Assembly: GCA_035516175.1 (NCBI GenBank)
Contig: DATJAO010000038.1
Coordinates: 28,427 to 92,426, forward strand
DNA length: 64,000 nucleotides
From: Nitrospirota bacterium
GTDB taxonomy: Bacteria > Nitrospirota > UBA9217
Direction: 5' to 3'
This document shows, in pieces, positions 37,046 through 45,721 of the stretch (position 1 is the first letter of the stretch; the number at the start of each line of letters is the position of its first letter). The notes beneath the pieces were generated by a model. The model did not search any database and was not told the origin of the DNA. It worked only from the letters and a program-made list of their open reading frames with translations. A program made the translations under genes and the position numbers.

Positions 37046-38158
37046 ATGCAAATTGAACAAGTCTCAGATAAGAATGGGCTGGACCAGTTTATCCTCTTTC
37101 CCTGGAAGGTATATCAGGGAAACCCGAACTGGGTGCCTCCGCTCATCAGTGAAATGAAGTTCATCCTGGGAGACAAGAACCCATTCTTTCATCACGCTGA
37201 AGCAGCCTATTTTCTTGCCAGAAGGGACGGGATTGTCGTCGGGCGGATCGCTGCCATCGTGGACCGCAATCACATCAACGTTCATAAGGAACAGGCTGGT
37301 TTCTTCGGATTTTTCGAATGCCTCAGTGATGTCGCAATTGCTCAAGGCCTTTTAGACGCAGCGGCCGCATGGCTCAGAGAACGCGATATCGAGATCATGC
37401 GGGGCCCCATAAACCCGTCTGTGAACGATGAGTGCGGCTTCCTGCTTGATGGTTTCGACTCGCCACCCATGATCATGATGACTTATACCCCGCCGTATTA
37501 TCTCGATTTCATGGAGAGCTGCGGCCTGACCAAGTCCAAGGACCTGTTCGCATACATTTCCGTCATCAAGGACGTTTCTGCAGGCGGCAGGCTTGAAAAA
37601 CTTGCCTCGGGAGTGAGAGCGCGGGTCCCCGGACTTACCGTGCGCCCTGCAAACATGAAACAGTTCCAGAGGGAACTGGAGACGGTGAAGGACATTTATA
37701 ATTCCGCGTGGAGCCACAACTGGGGGTACGTTCCTATGACTGATGAAGAGATAGAGGCCATGGCAAAACGTCTCAAGCCGCTCATCGTGCCCGAACTGCT
37801 CATCATGGCAGAGGTGAACGGAAGCCCCGCCGCGTTCTTTATGGCCGTGCCGGACTACAATCACGCCTTGAGCAAGCTTAACGGCAGGATGGGGCCCGTA
37901 GGGATCATAAAGTTTTTGTGGTATTCACGGAAGATCAGAGACATCCGCGTCCTGACTCTGGGAGTAAAAGAGGAATACCGGAAAAGGGGAATCGAGGGCC
38001 TGCTCTATCTCGAGTCCTTCAAGGCCGCCATGAAAAAAGGCTACGAACGCGCCGAGATGTCGTGGATCCTTGAGGACAACGTCCTGATGCAGCGGGGCTG
38101 CGAACTCATGGGCGGGAAGCTTTACAAAAAATATCGAATCTACGAGATGAGGCTGTAA
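37046..38158 (+). CDS. GNAT/FemAB-like N-acyltransferase (candidate bacterial ceramide synthase, bCerS-like)
   Basis: ~370 aa. C-terminal GNAT-like region (LTLGVKEEYRKRGIEGLLYLESFKAAMKKGYERAEMSWILEDN). Third gene of the SDR / alpha-oxoamine synthase / acyltransferase trio. Confidence 0.5.
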   Translation: MQIEQVSDKNGLDQFILFPWKVYQGNPNWVPPLISEMKFILGDKNPFFHHAEAAYFLARRDGIVVGRIAAIVDRNHINVHKEQAGFFGFFECLSDVAIAQGLLDAAAAWLRERDIEIMRGPINPSVNDECGFLLDGFDSPPMIMMTYTPPYYLDFMESCGLTKSKDLFAYISVIKDVSAGGRLEKLASGVRARVPGLTVRPANMKQFQRELETVKDIYNSAWSHNWGYVPMTDEEIEAMAKRLKPLIVPELLIMAEVNGSPAAFFMAVPDYNHALSKLNGRMGPVGIIKFLWYSRKIRDIRVLTLGVKEEYRKRGIEGLLYLESFKAAMKKGYERAEMSWILEDNVLMQRGCELMGGKLYKKYRIYEMRL

Positions 38159-38260
38159 GACAGCAAATCCCCATCATATTCAAATTACCAACCCCAATAT
38201 GCACACCGCGGAATCGGACAGTCGTCCCCCAGCTTTGACAGAAGGAGCGTAGTCATTGAG

Positions 38261-38845
38261 ATGAAGGACATCGGTCGCAAGCTTTACCATCTCTTAGGCG
38301 GTATCGGTCTTCTATCACTGTACTACATCCTCGGCAGGGAGCATGCGCTCATGTTCTATGCCGTGTTCTTCCTCATCGCCCTGGGGCTTGATCTTACACG
38401 GCTGAAGATTCCTGCGGTCAACCAATTTATCCTCACTCGGTTCAGAAGCTTCATCCGAAAAAACGAAGAGCATAAACTGACCGGCACGGTGCCGTATATT
38501 CTCGGCATTGGACTGTCACTGTACGCCTATTCTCCGGAGGTCGCGACCGCAGCGGTCTGTTTTCTCGCCTTTGGAGATGTTGCCGCAACCACGACGGGTG
38601 AACGTTACGGTAAAACCAAGATAGGTGACAAGAGCTTGGAAGGTTCAGCGGCTTTCATCATCGCGTCACTTGTGTCGGGATTGTTTTTGCAAATCATAGG
38701 GATATATCTTGCTACGGGGGTGATGATCCTTGGAGCTTTCGTTGCCGCAGGTGTAGAGATCATGCCGCTTCCGGTTAACGACAATCTGTTGATCCCGATT
38801 GTGGCGGGCGGGGTCATGGAATTAACCATGAGATTGATCCGATGA
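38261..38845 (+). CDS. CTP-dependent polyprenol/lipid kinase-like membrane protein (dolichol/phytol kinase - CdsA superfamily)
   Basis: Polytopic 194 aa membrane protein. FGDVAATTTGERYGKTKIG matches the FGDxxAxxxGxxxG motif of the CTP-transferase/polyprenol-kinase family. Confidence 0.5.
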   Translation: MKDIGRKLYHLLGGIGLLSLYYILGREHALMFYAVFFLIALGLDLTRLKIPAVNQFILTRFRSFIRKNEEHKLTGTVPYILGIGLSLYAYSPEVATAAVCFLAFGDVAATTTGERYGKTKIGDKSLEGSAAFIIASLVSGLFLQIIGIYLATGVMILGAFVAAGVEIMPLPVNDNLLIPIVAGGVMELTMRLIR

Positions 38846-39706
38846 TGGGGAGAGCGCTTTATACATCCGGGGTGCAATATATATCGTGATAGCGTTGAGC
38901 AGAAAACCTGCGATCACGTCTATGACGTAGTGATATCGCAGGTATACGGTCGAAATAACCAGCGCCGAGACAACAGGGAGCAATATCCAGAATAACACCT
39001 TCTCCCGGCTTTTCCAGGCGTAATAGAGTGTCACAAGGGCTACGGCAGTGTGTCCGCTCGGAAAGGCATCGGTTTTGGTGTTTTCAAGCCGATTGAGGGC
39101 ATTCTGGATCGCGAGGGCCAGAGGGCTGGCCTGAAAGCCTGTTGTCTGCAGATGATCAAGCGTAAAGCGGGGACCGATGGCAGGAAAGAGCATGTACCCG
39201 ATATAGGAGAGATAAAAGCAGAGGACGATGCCAAAAACAGCCTCATCGAAATTCTTCCATTTCTTTTTTGCGGCAAGAACGATCCCGAGGGAGATGGGGA
39301 TAAAATAATAGCTGATATAGGCAAGCTGGAGGACATTTGTCAGCAACGGATGGATGAACCGCTCCATCCATACTGTTGGATTAACGCCAAACAGCCTATG
39401 GTCAATGTGTATCAAGATGTCATCGTGATACCGCGGCCATATCAGGGGTATCAGGTCGCCGAGGCTGTCAAAGATGATGGGAATAATGAGCACCGGAAGA
39501 AAGGCGTGAACAAAGAGAGCAAGCCTCCCTCTTTGAGATCCAGTGGCGTACAAGGCCACCGAAACAATCACGAGTGCGATCAGGGCATACCTGGCAATGA
39601 GCCAGCCCCACGAGGGAAGGGAGCGGTTGAATACGACCGCGACCACTGAAAGCAGTGCGATCAAGGAAAGGGATAGAAGGTCGATCGGTTTGAGCGGGCT
39701 GCGCAT
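38822..39706 (-). CDS. PAP2-family (type 2 phosphatidic acid phosphatase-like) integral membrane phosphatase
   Basis: Polytopic. PAP2 motifs KxxxxxxRP-like region and DAFPSGHTAVA, then SRxxxxxHxxxD-like YLRYHYVIDV. Confidence 0.75.
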   Translation of the reverse strand: MRSPLKPIDLLSLSLIALLSVVAVVFNRSLPSWGWLIARYALIALVIVSVALYATGSQRGRLALFVHAFLPVLIIPIIFDSLGDLIPLIWPRYHDDILIHIDHRLFGVNPTVWMERFIHPLLTNVLQLAYISYYFIPISLGIVLAAKKKWKNFDEAVFGIVLCFYLSYIGYMLFPAIGPRFTLDHLQTTGFQASPLALAIQNALNRLENTKTDAFPSGHTAVALVTLYYAWKSREKVLFWILLPVVSALVISTVYLRYHYVIDVIAGFLLNAITIYIAPRMYKALSPSSDQSHG

Positions 39707-39768
39707 GAAAACTTATACAATACCTCCCGCGAAAATGCAAGGCCAACGTGGCACTGTGATATAATTAA

Positions 39769-41070
39769 ATGGGTGAAGGTATGCACCGGTTCATCGTGAT
39801 GGCAGTCCTGTCCATACTTGTTATTGCCCCATCCCCAATCCATGCCGAGACGCCGAAATTCAGTCTGCATGACTGTATTGACATCGCGCTCAAGAATCAG
39901 CCTGCGATCAGGGCCGCGCAGGAGAATGTGAATGCGGGGCTGGGCCGCGAGACGCAGGCGGTATCTCCCTTCTTACCTCAGGTCAATGCGAGCACAGGAT
40001 ATTCCGAGAACTACGCTCTCGGAGGAGCTTTCGGGAACAGCATAACAAAGAGCTATACCACGACACTCTCCGTGAACCAGATTCTCTATGACTTTGGAAA
40101 GACCGGAAACGCGCTCGATGCGGCTCGATGGGACACCCGCTCATACCAACGGAACATGGATCGTACGATTCAGGACGTCGTTCTGAACGTGAAGCAGGCA
40201 TATTACGCATTGCTTGCAGCCAAAAAGCTGGTTCTTGTGGCGCAGAAGACGATTGAGCAGACCGAAAGTCACCTTAAGCAGGCGATGGCATTCTATCGGG
40301 CTGGATCGAAGCCACGATATGACGTAACGCGCGCCGAGGTGGAAGTGAACAATGCCAAGCTGGGAATGATCAACGCGAAGAACGGCGTGCGGATACGCAC
40401 TATCTCCCTGAACAATGCTATAGGTCTCGAACCAGGAAAGGAGACCGAGATCGACGACACGCTTCCCCCCGCGTCCGCAGTGCCGACCCTCGAAATGGCC
40501 CAGGAGGAGACGCTCAGAAACAGGCCCGAAATGCTGAAGGCAGAGGCCGATATTGAGGCAGCCAAGTACCGGGTCCAGGCGGAAGCGTCTAATTATTACC
40601 CGACGGTCTCGGCGAACGGTGCGTATAACTGGGCGACAGGGACCGCGGAGATGGGGCCGTTCAAGGGAGATCTGCAAAACAGCTGGAATGCAGGAGTGAT
40701 GTTGACGGTACCTCTATTCCAGGGCGGTCTTACGCGCGGGAAGGTAAGCGAAGCGCGGGCAAACATGCTCGCCGCGGAGGCGCAGCGGGACGCCACAAGG
40801 CAATCCATCCTTCTTGAGGTTAACCAGTCCTATGCAGACATGGAAAGTGCGAAGATACGCATTGACGTGATGGAAAGCTCGCTACAAAAGGCCCGGGAGA
40901 ACCTCGAGATCGCACAAGGCAGGTATGAGGCTGGTTTCGGCCCCTATATCGAAGTTACGGATGCTCAGCTCTCTGCGGTCAATGCCGAGACAGATTATAT
41001 TCAAGCGAAATATGACTACTATCTCGCCATAGCGAGGCTTCTGAAGGCAATGGGTCGCGCGGAGCCATAG
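39769..41070 (+). CDS. tolC: TolC-family outer membrane efflux protein
   Basis: Signal peptide. Two tandem OEP repeats with coiled-coil-rich sequence. 433 aa. First gene of the efflux operon. Confidence 0.85.
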   Translation: MGEGMHRFIVMAVLSILVIAPSPIHAETPKFSLHDCIDIALKNQPAIRAAQENVNAGLGRETQAVSPFLPQVNASTGYSENYALGGAFGNSITKSYTTTLSVNQILYDFGKTGNALDAARWDTRSYQRNMDRTIQDVVLNVKQAYYALLAAKKLVLVAQKTIEQTESHLKQAMAFYRAGSKPRYDVTRAEVEVNNAKLGMINAKNGVRIRTISLNNAIGLEPGKETEIDDTLPPASAVPTLEMAQEETLRNRPEMLKAEADIEAAKYRVQAEASNYYPTVSANGAYNWATGTAEMGPFKGDLQNSWNAGVMLTVPLFQGGLTRGKVSEARANMLAAEAQRDATRQSILLEVNQSYADMESAKIRIDVMESSLQKARENLEIAQGRYEAGFGPYIEVTDAQLSAVNAETDYIQAKYDYYLAIARLLKAMGRAEP

Positions 41071-41091
41071 CGACATGCGAAGGGAGGAAAG

Positions 41092-41541
41092 ATGCCGACA
41101 AGGGAGGTAATATTCACCGTGAAGCTGCCGATCAGGAGCGTATGGTCTTTCATGATCGATCGGAAAGAGGTTGGCTGTCTTTTTCCCGGATGCAAAGGTG
41201 TTGAGATACTCAACGATCTGGATTCCATCTGGAAGATCAAGATGTCCCTCGGACCCTTCAGCAAGACCATCGAAATGCATGCGCACACTAACGAGATGAT
41301 CGAGCATAAGCGGATAGCGTGGACAGCGACGCATGAGCACCTTATCACATCGGGGACCATAACCTTTCGCAAAGTCTCCGAAGATGAGACAGAGATCACC
41401 TATCATCTCGAAGGGCACGTGACCGGTCACTTTACTTTTCTTCAGGATATTGTCGTTGCCGAGAAGCTGGGTGAAGTGACCCGCGGATTCATGAAGGCCA
41501 TCAAAGAGCGTCTCGAGTGGACCGCTTCTAACGAACCATAA
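41092..41541 (+). CDS. SRPBCC-superfamily (CoxG/polyketide-cyclase-like) ligand-binding protein
   Basis: 149 aa. START/Bet v1-like pattern. No signal peptide. Embedded between tolC and the membrane fusion gene. Confidence 0.5.
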   Translation: MPTREVIFTVKLPIRSVWSFMIDRKEVGCLFPGCKGVEILNDLDSIWKIKMSLGPFSKTIEMHAHTNEMIEHKRIAWTATHEHLITSGTITFRKVSEDETEITYHLEGHVTGHFTFLQDIVVAEKLGEVTRGFMKAIKERLEWTASNEP

Positions 41542-41550
41542 GGACAGGGA

Positions 41551-42645
41551 ATGGCACTCATCAAAAGCAAGATAATCTTATGGATCGTCATCGTAGCAGC
41601 CGCAGTCGTCCTCGTCGTATTTCTTACCGGGAAAAAACCGGTCGTTGTAAGAGCACAAGCCGTCAAGCCTGATGATCTCCGCGTCGTCGTGAACGCCACA
41701 ACCACCTCCACCGTAAAATCCGAGACCGAAGTGACCCTTTCCGCCCAGCGGACGGGACGGGTCATCGTTCTCCCGGTACAAGAAGGGGACATCGTAAAGA
41801 AAGGCGACCTGATCGCCAGGCTCGACCTGACCGAGGAGAAGGTGCAGACCGAAAGCACCCTTGCCCAGAGCAAAGCCACGTACGAGGAATCACAGAAGAA
41901 CCTTAACAGAATAAAGGACCTGTTCGACAAGGGTATGATCGCCCAGCAGGACCTCGACGCCGCCAGCCGGACTTATGAAGTGGCGAGATCGCAGTATGAT
42001 GCGGCCCGGGACGATCTCACGGTAAAGAAGAACTATTCCGTCATTAATGCGCCCTTTGACGGCGTGGTATCCAAGAAATATGCAGAGGTCGGAGAGCTTC
42101 TGTTGCCGGGAAAGCAGATCGTCACCATCGTGAACCCTGACAAGATCTATGTACTTGCCACCATAGACGAAGTGGACGTGGGCAGGCTCCGCCTGAATGA
42201 GCCGGTGACGATCACGGTGGACGCTTTCCCAGGCGAAAAATTCGACGGCACGATCAAGCGCATATCTCCCATCGTGAGCGGCGGCAAGCTCGAGACCCGC
42301 ACTGCCGACGTGTGGATCTACTTTTCAAAAAAAGACAAAAGAATAAAACCGGGGATGTCGGCCGATGTGGAGATACTCGTCATGACTCTTCACGACGTTC
42401 TGTCGGTTCCGTCTCAGGCGGTTATAGAGCGCGAAGGTAAAAAACAGGTATACGAGGTGATTGGAAAGAACATCGGACCCGGGGCAACGGCTGTTGTAAA
42501 GCTCAAACCTGTCGAGATAGGCGAGACCAACTGGAGCTTTACGCAGATAACAAAGGGTCTCGCTGCGGGAGAATTCGTCGTCACCACTCCGGAAGCCGAA
42601 GGGTTGAAGGATGGGGCAAAGGTGAGGATAGAAGGGGAGACGTAA
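41551..42645 (+). CDS. macA: Periplasmic membrane fusion protein (HlyD/MacA family)
   Basis: N-terminal TM anchor, coiled-coil hairpin, lipoyl/beta-barrel segments (VKKGDLIARLD; FDGVVSKKYAEVGE). Confidence 0.85.
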   Translation: MALIKSKIILWIVIVAAAVVLVVFLTGKKPVVVRAQAVKPDDLRVVVNATTTSTVKSETEVTLSAQRTGRVIVLPVQEGDIVKKGDLIARLDLTEEKVQTESTLAQSKATYEESQKNLNRIKDLFDKGMIAQQDLDAASRTYEVARSQYDAARDDLTVKKNYSVINAPFDGVVSKKYAEVGELLLPGKQIVTIVNPDKIYVLATIDEVDVGRLRLNEPVTITVDAFPGEKFDGTIKRISPIVSGGKLETRTADVWIYFSKKDKRIKPGMSADVEILVMTLHDVLSVPSQAVIEREGKKQVYEVIGKNIGPGATAVVKLKPVEIGETNWSFTQITKGLAAGEFVVTTPEAEGLKDGAKVRIEGET

Positions 42646-42718
42646 AAAAGTTCATAGCATCGTGGTATTCTGTATTTGCATTAGGTATCCTGTATCATGC
42701 ATCGTCCACCGTTTCATC

Positions 42719-43396
42719 ATGATCGAACTTTCCAAAATAACCAAGATCTACCGCATGGGCGAAATGGACATCACCGTGCTCTCCGGTATTTTCCTGAAAG
42801 TACAGAGCGGAGAGCTCATCGCCATTATGGGGCCTTCCGGCTCGGGGAAGTCGACTCTCATGAACATTATTGGCTGCCTGGACCGTCCGACAAGCGGTGC
42901 GTACCATTTCGAGGACCGTGAGATCAGCACCCTGTCGGACGATGAACTTGCCGCCGTCAGAAATGGCAAGATCGGCTTCGTGTTCCAGACCTTCAATCTC
43001 CTCCCGCGTTTTTCAGCGCTCAAGAACGTTGAAGTGCCGCTCATCTACGGCGGCATGCCTGCCCGTCTGCGAAGCGAGCGCGCAATTCCGCTGCTTCAAA
43101 AAGTGGGGCTCGCTGACCGCATGACGCACAAGCCGACAGAACTCTCTGGGGGCCAGCAGCAGCGCGTGGCAATCGCCCGGGCGCTCGTGAACAACCCGCC
43201 GCTCCTGCTCGCGGATGAACCTACCGGCAACCTCGACAGCCGCTCAGGCTCGGAGATTCTTGATATCCTGACCGGTCTCAACCGGCAGGGCGTCACGATC
43301 ATAATTGTGACCCACGATAAGGACGTTGCAGCGAGGTGCAAGAGAGTCATCAATCTGAAAGATGGTCAGATCATCAATGATCAGGTGATGGCATGA
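42719..43396 (+). CDS. macB: ABC transporter ATP-binding protein (MacB/LolD type)
   Basis: Walker A GPSGSGKST, signature LSGGQQQRVAIARAL, Walker B LLLADEPTGNLD. 4-nt overlap with the downstream permease. Confidence 0.9.
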   Translation: MIELSKITKIYRMGEMDITVLSGIFLKVQSGELIAIMGPSGSGKSTLMNIIGCLDRPTSGAYHFEDREISTLSDDELAAVRNGKIGFVFQTFNLLPRFSALKNVEVPLIYGGMPARLRSERAIPLLQKVGLADRMTHKPTELSGGQQQRVAIARALVNNPPLLLADEPTGNLDSRSGSEILDILTGLNRQGVTIIIVTHDKDVAARCKRVINLKDGQIINDQVMA

Positions 43397-44601
43397 ACTT
43401 TATTGAAACATTCAAGGTCTCCATCGAAGCCATTTTGTCGAACAAGGTCCGCTCCGGGCTTACCATGCTCGGCGTGATCATCGGTGTGATGGCCGTTATA
43501 CTCCTCGTATCCATCGGAGAAGGTGCGCGGGTTTATATCACTAAAGAGCTCATGGGTCTCGGCACTAACCTTCTCATCATAACTCCCGGGAAGACGACGA
43601 CGCGCGGTGGTTTCCATCCGCCGTCCGCGGGCACGGTGCGCAAACTCTCCTATGATGATTCTCTCGCCCTCAGACGGCGCGCCTGGCTCTTGACCGATGC
43701 GGTCCCGATCGTGTTCGGCACGGGCAAGATCAAATACCAAAATCTCGGACGCGATACCATAGTGATCGGCACGACGCCCGAGTTCCAGCGGGTGAGGAAC
43801 CTCTTCGTGGACATCGGGAGCTTTGTCTCGCAGGGAGACGTTGATTCCAAGAGCAAAATCGTGGTGCTTGGCACCACAGTAAAGGAAGAGTTGTTTGGCG
43901 ACCAGAGCTCTCTCGGAAAAGTGGTGATGGTCTCCGATGCGCGTTATCGCGTCGTGGGCGTCATGCAGAAGAAAGGGATGAGCCTGGGATGGGATATCGA
44001 CGATGTTGTTTTTATACCTGTTACGAGCGGCCAGGAGTTATTCGATACCGACGGCCTGTTCGAAATCCTTGCCTCAACCCCGCGGGCCGAGGACGTTAAC
44101 CCTGCCATTGCCCAGATCAAGGACATCCTCATCAAACGTCACGCGCACAAGGAAGATTTTACCATCCAGACGCAGGGCGCCATGCTCTCTACCATGAGCA
44201 CCATTCTCAACGTGCTGACGGCGGTGCTCGGCGGTATTGCGGGCATCTCACTGCTCGTCGGCGGTATCGGTATCATGAACATCATGCTCGTCTCTGTACG
44301 GGAGCGCACGCGAGAGATCGGCATCAGGAAGGCATTAGGCGCGAGGAACCGGGACATCATGGCCCAGTTCATGATCGAGGCCACGACCTTGAGCGGCGCC
44401 GGCGGCATTATCGGCATTATCACCGGTGTCGGACTGGCGCTCATTATTCCGGTCTTCGTGGACGTGCTGCCGACGAGCGTATCGCTGTGGTCCATCCTCA
44501 TGGCCTTCTCGTTCTCTGCGGCTGTAGGCGTGTTCTTCGGCGTGTACCCGGCGCGCAAGGCGGCGCATCAGGATCCGATCCAGGCGCTCCGGTACGAGTA
44601 G
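43393..44601 (+). CDS. ABC transporter permease (MacB/FtsX type: 4 TM with large periplasmic loop)
   Basis: MacB_PCD-like periplasmic domain between TM1 and TM2. C-terminal FtsX module (GIMNIMLVSVRERTREIGIRKALGA). Confidence 0.85.
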   Translation: MNFIETFKVSIEAILSNKVRSGLTMLGVIIGVMAVILLVSIGEGARVYITKELMGLGTNLLIITPGKTTTRGGFHPPSAGTVRKLSYDDSLALRRRAWLLTDAVPIVFGTGKIKYQNLGRDTIVIGTTPEFQRVRNLFVDIGSFVSQGDVDSKSKIVVLGTTVKEELFGDQSSLGKVVMVSDARYRVVGVMQKKGMSLGWDIDDVVFIPVTSGQELFDTDGLFEILASTPRAEDVNPAIAQIKDILIKRHAHKEDFTIQTQGAMLSTMSTILNVLTAVLGGIAGISLLVGGIGIMNIMLVSVRERTREIGIRKALGARNRDIMAQFMIEATTLSGAGGIIGIITGVGLALIIPVFVDVLPTSVSLWSILMAFSFSAAVGVFFGVYPARKAAHQDPIQALRYE

Positions 44602-44948
44602 CTCTCTCGTTTGGTGTTGGAATCTGCTGGCTTCCTGCTCAAGTGAAGAACGAGGGATGAGATATTTCCCATTCTCCATCCTGCCTGCAATCGTGACGGG
44701 ACTGCAATTGCCGATTCCATTCTCGAGTTCATACAAACGGGAAGCCGTTGATTGCACGCCCTGCAGGCCACGACTCCATCCTTATATCGGTATCTCTGTT
44801 TATCAATTTAAACCCTAAAACCCCGGACTTCGTGGGGGAGGATATCAAGGACGCATTCATGAACAGGATCTGTACATGTTTTTGTAATTATTGTTATGAG
44901 GTCCAAGTTCTCAGTTGACACTAACCTTTAAATGCTGTAATTTTAAAC

Positions 44949-45545
44949 ATGGCAGGAATAGTGCTTTCAGGCGGCGAAAACCGGCGCATGGGGACCGACA
45001 AGGCATTTCTTAAAATCGATGGAATCCCTATGATCGAGCATATTCTTCGAGCGCTCAAGAGTATTTTCGATAATGTCATCATCGTAACAAATACCCCGCA
45101 GCTGTACGCCGACTATGACGCCATGGTCGTGACGGACGCGTATGACAAGAGGTGCCCTCTTACGGGGATATATTCTGGGCTCCTGAAAACAACGGACGAG
45201 TATAACTTCGTCGTCGCCTGCGACATGCCTTTTCTGAACCCCGGGCTCATATCGTACATGATGGGTCTGGCTGAGGGATTCGATATCGTGGTACCGAGTA
45301 TCGAGGGACTGCTGGAACCTCTCCATGCAGTGTACCGCAGACGATTGCTGCCGGTCATGGATAATCGCATCCGAAGGGATAATCGGCAGATACGGAGGAT
45401 ATTCGGCGAAACAAGCGTGCGTGTGCGCTATGTTACGGAAGTAGAAATCGGTTGCCATGACCGGGAACGGCGGTCTTTTATGAACCTCAATACTCCAAGA
45501 GAGTATAAGGATGCAACATGTTCGGACTTGGGCTGCCGGAGCTGA
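44949..45545 (+). CDS. mobA: Molybdenum cofactor guanylyltransferase
   Basis: [19 protein letters not shown] motif (LAGGxxxRMGxDK) and VACDMPF. Confidence 0.85.
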   Translation: MAGIVLSGGENRRMGTDKAFLKIDGIPMIEHILRALKSIFDNVIIVTNTPQLYADYDAMVVTDAYDKRCPLTGIYSGLLKTTDEYNFVVACDMPFLNPGLISYMMGLAEGFDIVVPSIEGLLEPLHAVYRRRLLPVMDNRIRRDNRQIRRIFGETSVRVRYVTEVEIGCHDRERRSFMNLNTPREYKDATCSDLGCRS

Positions 45546-45652
45546 TCATTATTCTGGTTATTGTGCCCGTAATTTTCGGGACGATCCGTCTTCCCCAACT
45601 GGGGGAGGGGCTCGGCAAGGCGATCAAAAGGGTTCCAAAAAGGTATTTCTGA
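45518..45652 (+). CDS. tatA: Twin-arginine translocase subunit TatA/E (44 aa; absent from the ORF track because it is under 60 aa)
   Basis: [44 protein letters not shown]. Classic TatA N-terminal TM helix, hinge FG and amphipathic helix with LPxLGxxLGKAI. Overlaps the mobA 3' end by 28 nt in a different frame. Confidence 0.8.
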   Translation: MFGLGLPELIIILVIVPVIFGTIRLPQLGEGLGKAIKRVPKRYF

Positions 45653-45721
45653 CTCTAATGAAAGTTCCAAGGAATCAGGGAACAAAGGGGGCACGTCCTG
45701 ATTTCGGCGAAATGATAAGGT

